Source of the DNA: Bacillales bacterium UBA5603
GTDB taxonomy: Bacteria > Bacillota_I > Bacilli_A > Izemoplasmatales > Hujiaoplasmataceae
Direction: 5' to 3'
DNA: 64,000 nucleotides
Assembly: GCA_002424815.1 (NCBI GenBank)
Contig: DILB01000005.1
Coordinates: 9,748 to 73,747, forward strand
The notes under the pieces were generated by a model, which was not told where the DNA came from, did not search any database, and saw nothing but the letters and a program-made list of their open reading frames with translations. Positions 8,825-17,631 of the stretch are shown piece by piece (position 1 is the first letter of the stretch; each line of letters starts with the position of its first letter). Both the position numbers and the translations under genes were made by a program.

Positions 8825-9649
8825 TTAGGCGGGTTTTTTCTTAAGAAAGAAGAAAACAGCGCCACCAATAATAACTACTGCACCAGCAATGATTCCACCA
8901 ATTAAGAGTGGGCTTGTGGGGAATTCCCCTGTCAGTTGTAAAGTTGAGCTAGTTACATAAACCATTTTACCAGTTCCTGCGCCATCAGCGGCAGTCGGAT
9001 CAAATCTTTGTAATTCTTCAAACAAAGCTTCTCCCATTGAGACTGAGTAATTAGCTAAGACGGAAATATCAGCCTTTGTAACAAAACCTGCTAAATCGGC
9101 TTCAAGATAAATGTCTGTCCAAATACCATCAATGGCCCAATCTAATGAAGCTTCAACGATATCTTTGGATTCTTTGAAAGTACAAGTTCTGCCTTCGCAA
9201 ACCCAAGTTGGTTTTTCCGTAGCATCAAAATCAGACCAGCTGAGTGTGGGTGACAAGTTGACTAATTGTTCGTATTTAGCTAAGAAATCCGCAAAATCGG
9301 TGAACGAGTAAGTCAAAGTAAAATAACGATGATAACCTTCTGTTTTCATAGCTGAAACGGTAACGAATGTTGGTGCGTTAGCTTCTAGCCAAGTTTGAAT
9401 GGCAGATACACCGCCTTGGATATGAGTCGAGTTGATAACAGCGCCTTTACCTTCTGTTCCTTCTGGATCATCAGGATTTGTAATAGCGGTTGTTGAAAGT
9501 GTATCGTCCATTACATCCAAGATAATGGTTCTTGTGCCAGCGCCATCTTTACTTGTAAAGACAGTTTCAACGCCAACTTCGCCTGGCCAGCAGCCTGTGA
9601 GAGCAAATACGGCAAAAACTAAAACTAATACCATTAATAATTTCTTCAT
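8825..9649 (-). CDS. Lipoprotein of unknown function with an additional C-terminal transmembrane helix and basic tail
   Basis: Lipobox 'ALTGC'. C-terminus 'LLIGGIIAGAVVIIGGAVFFFLKKKPA'. RBS AGGAGAAAAAA. Confidence 0.6.
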   Translation of the reverse strand: MKKLLMVLVLVFAVFALTGCWPGEVGVETVFTSKDGAGTRTIILDVMDDTLSTTAITNPDDPEGTEGKGAVINSTHIQGGVSAIQTWLEANAPTFVTVSAMKTEGYHRYFTLTYSFTDFADFLAKYEQLVNLSPTLSWSDFDATEKPTWVCEGRTCTFKESKDIVEASLDWAIDGIWTDIYLEADLAGFVTKADISVLANYSVSMGEALFEELQRFDPTAADGAGTGKMVYVTSSTLQLTGEFPTSPLLIGGIIAGAVVIIGGAVFFFLKKKPA

Positions 9650-9679
9650 TTTTTTCTCCTTTTTCTATTTTTGATTTTT

Positions 9680-10597
9680 TTATGTCTCATCGCCCAAGTA
9701 AAATACATACTTGTTAAGGCGTAGTGCCAAGATAGTAATGATTAATACGATGAAGAGCAAAATCCATGCCATTGCACTGGCCATGCCCATGGCTTTATCA
9801 GCCATCATTTTGTCAAAGAGATAATAAGCATAATAATAGGTGGAACGTGACGGACCGCCACTGGTCATGATATAAGCCATCGTAAAGACTTGAAAACTAC
9901 CAATCAATCCCATAATAAAATTGAAGAAGATGGAAGGCGTCATCAAAGGCAAAGTGATGAGCGTTGCTTTTTTAAACCAACCGGCGCCATCCATCTCAGC
10001 GGCTTCATAGAGCGACACAGGGATGTCTTGCATTTGAGCTAAGTAGATAACCATCGATCCGCCGGCAGTCCATAAACCCATCAATATTAAGGTCAATTTC
10101 GAGAGTTTTGGGTCTAGATACCAAGTGATGGGTTCCATTTTTAATAAGTCATAAAGTGGTTTTAATAATTGATTAATCAATCCAAAGTTCGGTTGATAGA
10201 GCCATAACCATAATAATGACATGGCGACCACACTGACAACATTGGGTAAGTAGAACAAAGTTCGGTAAATGCCCATGCCCTTTATTTTGTTATTGAGGAG
10301 AAAGGCTAAGGAAAGACCAACAACGATACCTAAAGGGACAGCAATAATAACATGATAAACCGTATTTCCCAAACTTTGCCAAAAGAGGTTATCATTAGTG
10401 AACAAAATCCGATAGTTTTCAAAGCCGATAAATTTAGGATCTGAAATCATATTATAATTGGTAAAACTGATGAATAGCGACATCAATATCGGAAAAATGC
10501 CCAACAAGATCAAACCAGTGATCCAAGGCGAAGCAAATAGATAGCCAATGAAGTTTTCTTGTTTCTTAAGTTTTTTTATTGAGCTGCTTTTACTCAT
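9680..10597 (-). CDS. Carbohydrate ABC transporter permease (MalF/LplB type)
   Basis: 6 TM helices. EAA loop 'LYEAAEMDGAGWFKKATLITLPLM'. RBS GGAGG. Confidence 0.85.
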   Translation of the reverse strand: MSKSSSIKKLKKQENFIGYLFASPWITGLILLGIFPILMSLFISFTNYNMISDPKFIGFENYRILFTNDNLFWQSLGNTVYHVIIAVPLGIVVGLSLAFLLNNKIKGMGIYRTLFYLPNVVSVVAMSLLWLWLYQPNFGLINQLLKPLYDLLKMEPITWYLDPKLSKLTLILMGLWTAGGSMVIYLAQMQDIPVSLYEAAEMDGAGWFKKATLITLPLMTPSIFFNFIMGLIGSFQVFTMAYIMTSGGPSRSTYYYAYYLFDKMMADKAMGMASAMAWILLFIVLIITILALRLNKYVFYLGDET

Positions 10598-10605
10598 GAT
10601 GCCTC

Positions 10606-11901
10606 CTATCGGGTGGCGTTGTAATTATCACGTTTCTGTAAATAGTTATTTCTTGCATCTTGAAGGGCCATTTCGACGGTTTTAGCGCCAGATAGTGCCG
10701 CTGTGTAATAGGATTGCCAATCATTGCCGTGCCAAGAAGGCGCATAAGGAACGTAAACTTTATCTTTCGCATAGGCAACTTCTTCGAGCATGCGTTGTAA
10801 AATGGGGTCGTCTTCTGCAAATTTCGTCATCGCCCCTTTATGTGCCATAATCCATCCGTTGGCTTCAGCTAAACTCAATTGAATATTGTAACTCATCAAA
10901 TATTTCAAAAATTCCCAAGCACCTTGTTTTTGATCAGTTTCGTTTTTCCCATTGTCATACATTTCAATTGAAAAACCACTGCCCCAGTTGACGCGAATGC
11001 CATCTTCATCAGGAATCGGAATGTAAGAAACACCAAAATTAAAATCAGCGTTGGCATTTTTAATAATTTCATAAAGTCCATCGGTTTCAACCATCATCGC
11101 AACACGTTCAGATGCAAATGGATTAATACCAAGCATGGTATTGGCATCACCGAAGGCGACGAGTTGATTACGTGTGAATTCACTGTTAAAATCTTTGATC
11201 CAATATAAAATATCAATATGTTTTTGGGTGTTCAAAGTGGGGTTGAGTTCAGCATCAAAGAAGTCGAGTCCCGCTTGCCACAGCCAACCATGATAAGTAG
11301 CATTTCCGTAACTTGGATCAAATCCGAGTTGTTGAATTACACCGTTTGAAACGACATCAAGTTTTTTAGCAACCGTCTTGAGTTCACTCCAAGTATGAGG
11401 AACATCAGCTTCAGTCAATCCTGCCGCTTGAAACATGTCTAAATTGTAGTATAAAACACGTGTCGTTGCTGTAAAAGGTAAGGCATATAAATTGTTTTGA
11501 TAAGTGGCGAAATCAAGTTGATTTTGATAGAGTTGATCAATCTCAATGCCATCAGGATCTGCAGCGATGAGTTCACTGATATTGTAGAGTACACCTGAAG
11601 AAGCTCTCGCTGGAACGTCATCTAAGGTTGATAAACCAATATCCGGAGCCGTTCTTGAACTAATTGCGACAGCAATTTTATCCCAGTAGTCCCAAAAAGA
11701 AAAACCTGTTCCTTTAACAAAATAAGTATCTTGGGATTCATTGAAAGCGTTGATTAGTTGTTTAGTGGGAGTAAATGCTTCGCTTCCAATCGGAGCCATA
11801 TGCCAAAAATCGATGGTAATACGGTCTGTGGGATCATTTGTGCAAGCAGATATAGTTAGCATAGTAATCAATGCGAGCATTATAATCATTATTTTTTTCA
11901 T
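10606..11901 (-). CDS. Extracellular sugar-binding lipoprotein of an ABC transporter (family 1 SBP)
   Basis: Signal peptide plus lipobox 'ISACTND'. About 430 aa, an SBP_bac_1-like length, and rich in aromatic residues (W/Y). RBS AAGGAGG. Confidence 0.8.
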   Translation of the reverse strand: MKKIMIIMLALITMLTISACTNDPTDRITIDFWHMAPIGSEAFTPTKQLINAFNESQDTYFVKGTGFSFWDYWDKIAVAISSRTAPDIGLSTLDDVPARASSGVLYNISELIAADPDGIEIDQLYQNQLDFATYQNNLYALPFTATTRVLYYNLDMFQAAGLTEADVPHTWSELKTVAKKLDVVSNGVIQQLGFDPSYGNATYHGWLWQAGLDFFDAELNPTLNTQKHIDILYWIKDFNSEFTRNQLVAFGDANTMLGINPFASERVAMMVETDGLYEIIKNANADFNFGVSYIPIPDEDGIRVNWGSGFSIEMYDNGKNETDQKQGAWEFLKYLMSYNIQLSLAEANGWIMAHKGAMTKFAEDDPILQRMLEEVAYAKDKVYVPYAPSWHGNDWQSYYTAALSGAKTVEMALQDARNNYLQKRDNYNATR

Positions 11902-11912
11902 GTGTTGCCTCC

Positions 11913-12776
11913 TTAACCCTTAATTCCTGTGAATTTAATACCTTCAATGAAGGTTCGTTGTGCCAAAAAGAATAAAATGAGTGTTGGCATCATAATTAGA
12001 ATGGATGCGGCCATCATTAAATTGTATTGACCTCCATATTGAGTCTGGAAGGCCCTTAATCCGAGCGCTAACGTCCAATGATCTGGATTACTTAAAAAGA
12101 TCAAAGGTCCAAAATAATCATTCCATGAGCCCATGAAAGTGAATAATGCAACGGTTACAATCGCAGGCTTTGAAAGTGGAAGCATGATTTTGATAAATAT
12201 TTGCCAGTGATTTGCTCCATCGATAATGGCACTTTCTGAGAGTTCTTTGGGGATACCTTTAAAAAATTGACGGAGTAAAAAGATATAGAAAGCAGCACCA
12301 CCCCCGAAAAAAGCCGGGACAATGAGGGGTAAACGAGTACCTAACCAACCGATTTTTGAATAAAGAATGTAAGTTGGAATCAAGATGACTTGAATGGGAA
12401 GCATCATCGTTGCTAACATAATAACGAACCATTTGTCTCTGCCTTTCCAATTTAACCTAGCAAAGGCATAAGCGGCTGTTGTTGCACTAAAGGTTGTTCC
12501 AATAACGACGAGGATGACCACAATCAATGAATTTTTTAAATACATGAAGAAGGGAATGCTGGTGATGGCTTTCACAAAATTTTGCCATTGAGGAACGGTT
12601 GGAAAGAATTGTTGAATACCTCTTAATAGTTCTGCTGGTGTTTTTAAAGCGGTAAATAACATCCATAAGAACGGAAATACAAAAACAAGTGAACAAAGAA
12701 CTAAGACGATATGTAAGATGATGTGTACGATTAATTGCCGACGTTTTTTGGACTTGTATACTTCGCTTTTAACCAT
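11913..12776 (-). CDS. Carbohydrate ABC transporter permease (MalG/LplC type)
   Basis: EAA loop 'LSESAIIDGANHWQIFIKIMLPLSKPAI'. ATG at 12776 with RBS AAGGAG. Confidence 0.85.
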   Translation of the reverse strand: MVKSEVYKSKKRRQLIVHIILHIVLVLCSLVFVFPFLWMLFTALKTPAELLRGIQQFFPTVPQWQNFVKAITSIPFFMYLKNSLIVVILVVIGTTFSATTAAYAFARLNWKGRDKWFVIMLATMMLPIQVILIPTYILYSKIGWLGTRLPLIVPAFFGGGAAFYIFLLRQFFKGIPKELSESAIIDGANHWQIFIKIMLPLSKPAIVTVALFTFMGSWNDYFGPLIFLSNPDHWTLALGLRAFQTQYGGQYNLMMAASILIMMPTLILFFLAQRTFIEGIKFTGIKG

Positions 12777-12803
12777 CAAACCAACTCCTTTCTCTCAATC
12801 AAA

Positions 12804-14606
12804 TTAGATTTCACGTAACCGAATGATCCGAGGACCGTAAATGTCACAATTTGACATATTATGCTCAAAATTATAGGTGTTCGTATTATATGAAACCATG
12901 ATATTATCGCTTTCAGATAATTGTGGATGTGCTTTTGCGTTATAAGTATAAGTCGTGCTCTTAAATTGTTCTTGTTCAGGCGTCTTATAAATGATTTGTG
13001 GTTTTTCAAAAGGACCTATTAATGAATCGCCAATACTATACGATACGTAAGGGGTATTGGTGTCATAAGTAAAGACACAGATGAATTTACCTTTGTTACG
13101 ACCTTTTAGGATAGGAGATACACTGAATTCAGTTGAGATATGATTGAGGAGAGGCGCAATCTTCATCATATCTTTTTGCCAATGAGCCCCATCATAAAAT
13201 TCCCATTTATCAAACAATTCAAAATCACTTTCTAATACCCTTGCAGCAATCAGTTGTCTTAAACCCCAGGTGGTTTTATAGCCATATATATAGACATAAC
13301 CATCAGGATTCAAAGCGCCGGATTGAACTGTATTTGGCGTTAAAGCGCCTCCAAATATTAATTCTGAATCGCCTTGTTGAAATAAGAAAGGTGTTCGTTT
13401 TTGAACGGCTTTCTTAAAATCAATGCGATTGTCTAAAATAGGAACTTTTATCATGGAGATGCCTTTAATGCCAAATTGTAAACCTTCAGGTTGATTCATA
13501 TCCGATATCACTTGATAAGGGAAAAAGTATAACATTTTTTCAATCACGACACCATCTTGAAGCCAAATCCATGATTTTGCGCCTTCTTCAAGCATCGTTG
13601 AACTCGCTTCAACTTGGATATCACGATATTTAACGCCTTCGCGAATAAATTCAACACGCGATAAAGCGAAGACTCCTTCATTCATTTCATCTTCATGATT
13701 ACCGATGCCAGCTCCAGAATGAATATCAAATTGGAAATGGCGATACGTTCCTCCAACCGATATTGATTGATGATCTGTTTTAGAAGTGCTTTTCTTCAAT
13801 TCGTATTCGCCTAAATCTGTCCATTTCTTGCCATCATTCGATGCAAGCAGTCGAAATATACGAATTCCACGAGAGGCCAAAATTGAACTTTCATGATTAT
13901 AATAATTGTATATATCGATTTGATCAACGAATTCAGGGGTTTGTAAATCAAAGGTAAGCCATACTTTTTTGGGATTGTATCCTGAAATCCAACCATCATT
14001 AGGCTTTTTTTGATCATAAGATACAAGATTGGATGCGAGCGTACCAACGACATCATGTAAAGGTTCAATCTTAAAAAACGCGGTGACAGAATCCTTCTCA
14101 GTTTTATTAATTAGGAATTCAATTTTCTCTCGGCCTGCATCAAGATAACCCATGGAATTATTGGGCATGAGTAGTGGTTCATATCGTCTCTTTGTGACTT
14201 TGTCAGTTCGACCGACAAACGTATCACCGAAAACAAAAAGATTCGTAAAGTTGCGTTTTTGATCAAATTGGTCACAACCGGTCGTTATATTAAAGGAATA
14301 TATTCCATCTGATCCCGACCAACCTTGTTTTTGTGAAAACTTTTTGGTCCATTCTTCATCTTTGGAAGCTAGGTAACCGTTCGCAAGAATGACTTCAATC
14401 TCTGTTTCTTTTTCAGCATTCAAGACGATTTTGTTGGCATAGAGGATTTGTTCAGCGTTTTTTTCGCTGATGATATCGTCCACAGAAAATATCAGATCCT
14501 TTAAATGGTTACCTTTGACATGACTTATGGGGTATATTCCATCGAGTCGAAGGGTTGTGATACCTTGTTGAATGGATTCTTTTTTGATGATTTGTCCAGG
14601 TTTCAT
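12804..14606 (-). CDS. Uncharacterised glycosidase-like protein (paralogue B), cytoplasmic form: beta-strand-rich catalytic-like domain interrupted by an F5/8 type C (discoidin/CBM32-like) domain
   Basis: Blocks 'WSGSDGIYSF...LFVFGDTFVG' and 'YVYIYGYK', and a C-terminal 'YNAKAHPQLS...SYNTNT', are shared with the upstream paralogue. Discoidin hallmarks 'SNDGKKW' and 'RxF/RYxxI'. No signal peptide. RBS AGGAGG. Confidence 0.5.
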   Translation of the reverse strand: MKPGQIIKKESIQQGITTLRLDGIYPISHVKGNHLKDLIFSVDDIISEKNAEQILYANKIVLNAEKETEIEVILANGYLASKDEEWTKKFSQKQGWSGSDGIYSFNITTGCDQFDQKRNFTNLFVFGDTFVGRTDKVTKRRYEPLLMPNNSMGYLDAGREKIEFLINKTEKDSVTAFFKIEPLHDVVGTLASNLVSYDQKKPNDGWISGYNPKKVWLTFDLQTPEFVDQIDIYNYYNHESSILASRGIRIFRLLASNDGKKWTDLGEYELKKSTSKTDHQSISVGGTYRHFQFDIHSGAGIGNHEDEMNEGVFALSRVEFIREGVKYRDIQVEASSTMLEEGAKSWIWLQDGVVIEKMLYFFPYQVISDMNQPEGLQFGIKGISMIKVPILDNRIDFKKAVQKRTPFLFQQGDSELIFGGALTPNTVQSGALNPDGYVYIYGYKTTWGLRQLIAARVLESDFELFDKWEFYDGAHWQKDMMKIAPLLNHISTEFSVSPILKGRNKGKFICVFTYDTNTPYVSYSIGDSLIGPFEKPQIIYKTPEQEQFKSTTYTYNAKAHPQLSESDNIMVSYNTNTYNFEHNMSNCDIYGPRIIRLREI

Positions 14607-14615
14607 AGGATCCTC

Positions 14616-16688
14616 CTAAGCTTTTTTAACTTCAGTGACGATGATAAAGCGTGGATAATAAATACGAGCATCAATTAAAGCGGAAAGAATGGTTGTATTG
14701 ACATTGTAAGAGATTAAATAACTTCCAGGTTGACTTAGATGAGCATGCATCTTTGCATTATAAGTGAATGCGCCTTTTAAGTAAGTATCTTCATAGGTTT
14801 CATATAAAACTTGATAATCGGAGAAAGGACCATAAGGAGAATCTGAAATGGAATAAGAAACTCTACCACTCGTCGTATTTTCCATAACGACCAACATATA
14901 TTGACCAGCAAATAATCCTGTATGAATCGGAGTAACGGATAGTTCGGGTGAAACCCCTCTGATTAAAGGCGCACAATCATTGATATTTTTGGACCAGTTT
15001 TCCCCGTCATAATAACGCCAAGCATTAAAGTTTTCAATATCATCTTTTGGGACGCGGGCAACAACTAAATAACGTCCGTTTAAATCTTTATAGCCATAGA
15101 TGTAAATGAAACCATCGATTTCATGATGATTCATCAACCCGGCTCCAAAATAGATATCGCCACCATCCGGTGATTTTGATTGAAGCGGTGTAGTAGTATA
15201 GATGGCATTTTGATAATCAATTTTATCGTTAACAATCGGTGCTTTTATCATTGTCACCCGCGTGACTTTAAAAGCGTTCCCTTCATCTTTAACTAATATG
15301 GGAAATAAATAAAGATAATCGCCAATGACAACCCCATCTTGAATCCATAAACGACCAGATAATTCATTGCCCGTAATTAAAGTGAGATAAGAAGAAGCCT
15401 CGATAGAACCAAATAGCGGTGTACCATCCATCGATTCAAAGTATAATTTTCCCAAGCCAATAAAGTCGGATGCATATGAGGATAATATATTGATTTTTAG
15501 ATACCTTGCTTCGACGCCCTGTAAATCAATGAGGGATGATTTAGGTTCTTGATTGTTTCCTGAAGCTTGATTCAAGGCTATTTCTGCGACGGATTCCCAT
15601 GCGATGCCATCATTGCTTTTCAATATCTCGATATCTTTTAAACCATAAAGCGGGTTTTCATTGTAATTCCATAGAACCAATTTTCCAAATGATTGAATAG
15701 CATAAAAATCAATTATTAAGTAATTCTGATCCATTTTTGCTGATTTCCACATGATACCTTCAGCCAAATTGGTTAAGGTTGCATCTTCATTAAAATATGC
15801 CGACAGGCCTTCACTATCAAGCAGATTTCCTGGCTTATATCCTAAATAATCATCAGGAATAAATATTGAATCTGGACCGCCGTCGGTCATGCGCCAATCA
15901 AATGTCATGCCATCAAAAATAGTTGAATTACCGTTGTAATAACCAAGTGTATTGTTTAGCATCACATTTCCTAATCTTAAGTTGTTAAAAGCATTGACTT
16001 TGCCAACAAATGTGTCACTAAAGACGAATGCTGTTGTTGGATTGATAGCTCCGATGCTATCGTCTCCATTAAGATTAAAAGAAAATATGCCATCCGCCCC
16101 AACCCAGCCATCATAGCGAAGAAAAGCATTCGACCACTCGTGCGCTTCCTTTACGATTAAGCCATCGCCGAGATAAAAGCGAACATCTTGTAGTCCATAA
16201 ATAGCCTCTTGTTCAGCTAAAAATGAGATACGGACATATTTTGCATTGCGGTTGTTTAAAGATATTGACGTTCCTTCGATATCAAGATTATAATCTGTGA
16301 TTAAACGAACATAATTAAATCCATTCAAAGAAACATCGATTGAGATTTTATTAATCGAGATTCCTTGCGTGCCAAGATAGTTCGACAGAACCATATTTAA
16401 TAAAGGATAACTGGCATCAAATTCAAAAACAATTTGGTGACTCTTAGTCGTAGGATTCTTAATAAGTAAAGCGTGTGAATTCGTTGGTTTACAAGGATTG
16501 ATAAAATTATCGAGATTTCCAACGAGTTTAGATTTTGGTGCCGAAATGGCAATAATTTTGATTTCTTCGCTCATTGTCTCGCTAAACCCCCATTCGCATT
16601 CAGAAATTACTTCGGTAGTCGTGTCATTCTGACAAGCAATCAGAAAGGACGAAATCAAGAGGATTAACGTTATCAAAAGTCTTTTCAT
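14616..16688 (-). CDS. Uncharacterised glycosidase-like lipoprotein (paralogue A): lipobox, N-terminal discoidin-like domain, catalytic-like domain with a second discoidin insertion
   Basis: Signal peptide plus lipobox 'LIACQND'. 'WVGADGIFSF...FVFSDTFVG', 'SNDGIAW...ARYLKI', 'FIYIYGYK' and a C-terminal 'YNAKMHAHLS...SYNVNT' parallel paralogue B. RBS AGGCGGAG. Confidence 0.5.
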   Translation of the reverse strand: MKRLLITLILLISSFLIACQNDTTTEVISECEWGFSETMSEEIKIIAISAPKSKLVGNLDNFINPCKPTNSHALLIKNPTTKSHQIVFEFDASYPLLNMVLSNYLGTQGISINKISIDVSLNGFNYVRLITDYNLDIEGTSISLNNRNAKYVRISFLAEQEAIYGLQDVRFYLGDGLIVKEAHEWSNAFLRYDGWVGADGIFSFNLNGDDSIGAINPTTAFVFSDTFVGKVNAFNNLRLGNVMLNNTLGYYNGNSTIFDGMTFDWRMTDGGPDSIFIPDDYLGYKPGNLLDSEGLSAYFNEDATLTNLAEGIMWKSAKMDQNYLIIDFYAIQSFGKLVLWNYNENPLYGLKDIEILKSNDGIAWESVAEIALNQASGNNQEPKSSLIDLQGVEARYLKINILSSYASDFIGLGKLYFESMDGTPLFGSIEASSYLTLITGNELSGRLWIQDGVVIGDYLYLFPILVKDEGNAFKVTRVTMIKAPIVNDKIDYQNAIYTTTPLQSKSPDGGDIYFGAGLMNHHEIDGFIYIYGYKDLNGRYLVVARVPKDDIENFNAWRYYDGENWSKNINDCAPLIRGVSPELSVTPIHTGLFAGQYMLVVMENTTSGRVSYSISDSPYGPFSDYQVLYETYEDTYLKGAFTYNAKMHAHLSQPGSYLISYNVNTTILSALIDARIYYPRFIIVTEVKKA

Positions 16689-16726
16689 GCGTCATCTCCG
16701 CCTTTTGTAAGCACTTTCTAATGCGA

Positions 16727-16773
16727 GTATACCATGAGAAGCAGACATTTTCAATACATTATTAATACATTTA
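16727..16773 (-). promoter_or_regulatory. Promoter of the glycosidase operon: extended -10 (TGGTATACT on the minus strand) preceded by two copies of an 11-bp repeat (CAATACATTAT, TAATACATTTA)
   Basis: Repeats at 16752-16773 end about 17 nt upstream of the TGn-10 element. The same architecture occurs at the PMI-like gene promoter. Confidence 0.5.
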
Positions 16774-16780
16774 TAAAATT

Positions 16781-16826
16781 GAATTAAAAAAATAAAAAAT
16801 CGCAAGAAAAAATTACTTCTTGCGAT
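16781..16826 (-). terminator. Rho-independent terminator of the GntR regulator gene
   Basis: 10-bp stem ATCGCAAGAA/TTCTTGCGAT overlapping the stop codon, followed on the minus strand by a T-run. Confidence 0.65.
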
Positions 16827-17538
16827 AAGAGATAGAGGTGCGATATTCATATAATAAGGCATTGTAAAATGTTTCTGTATATTCAAGCAGGCGATCATCT
16901 TCGGTATAACTATAACGCACCCGTTTTAATTGCGGGGCTTCATAATATATTTTTAATTTCTGTGTAATATCTTTAGGGGCGTTGACAGCCGATACAAACT
17001 CCTCAAAATGATCAAAAAAGACGTTTTTACTGCCAAGATATTCATACAACGAACCCTTTAAGACCTCTTCGGTTATTTCGAAAATCGGCAATAAATAAGT
17101 GTTCGAATAAAGAATAGGTACGGTTCCGCCTCTCAATCTTCGTAAATTATATATTTTTTCGCCTTCTTTTATATGAAATATATCCGCGATTTTTTTATCA
17201 GCGCGAATGATATCCAATTCAGCTTCGATATTTCTAACGACCATGCCCATTTCTTTCATTTCATTGGTATGACTGCGAACCAATGTAAAATTAGATAATG
17301 ATTCTTTATTTTGATAGACGATGGTTCCAAAGCCAGCACGTCTAACCAAAAAACGCTCGTTGACTAATTCGGATATGGCAGTACGAATCGTCACACGGCT
17401 CACTTGATAAGTCTCTGCTAAGATTTTTTCGCTAGGGATTAAAGTTCCTTCAGGCCACTCGCCGGATTCAATTTTATGGCGGAGGTCATTACGAATTTGT
17501 ATATAGAAAGGAAGACCATTACCGATATCCATGTTCAT
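16813..17538 (-). CDS. GntR-family transcriptional regulator, HutC subfamily (wHTH plus UTRA effector domain)
   Basis: 'ILAETYQVSRVTIRTAISELV' HTH region and a C-terminal UTRA-type domain. 241 aa. RBS GGGGTGGAAG. Confidence 0.85.
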   Translation of the reverse strand: MNMDIGNGLPFYIQIRNDLRHKIESGEWPEGTLIPSEKILAETYQVSRVTIRTAISELVNERFLVRRAGFGTIVYQNKESLSNFTLVRSHTNEMKEMGMVVRNIEAELDIIRADKKIADIFHIKEGEKIYNLRRLRGGTVPILYSNTYLLPIFEITEEVLKGSLYEYLGSKNVFFDHFEEFVSAVNAPKDITQKLKIYYEAPQLKRVRYSYTEDDRLLEYTETFYNALLYEYRTSISYRKK

Positions 17539-17561
17539 ACTTCCACCCCATTTTTAATTAA

Positions 17562-17597
17562 TTATATCATTCATTTAATACATTTGCAATACAATAT
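17562..17597 (-). promoter_or_regulatory. GntR gene promoter (-10 GATATAAT on the minus strand) overlapped by two 11-bp repeat copies (TAATACATTTG, CAATACAATAT)
   Basis: Repeats at 17576-17597 lie immediately upstream of the -10, suggesting an autoregulatory site. Confidence 0.5.
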
Positions 17598-17631
17598 AAA
17601 AAAACGACTGAAAAATCAATCGTTTTAAAAT

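Noticed and set aside
4693-9649. LPXTG sortase signals on the two surface proteins
   Set aside because: The C-terminal hydrophobic helix plus basic tail is present, but no LPXTG-like pentapeptide precedes it.
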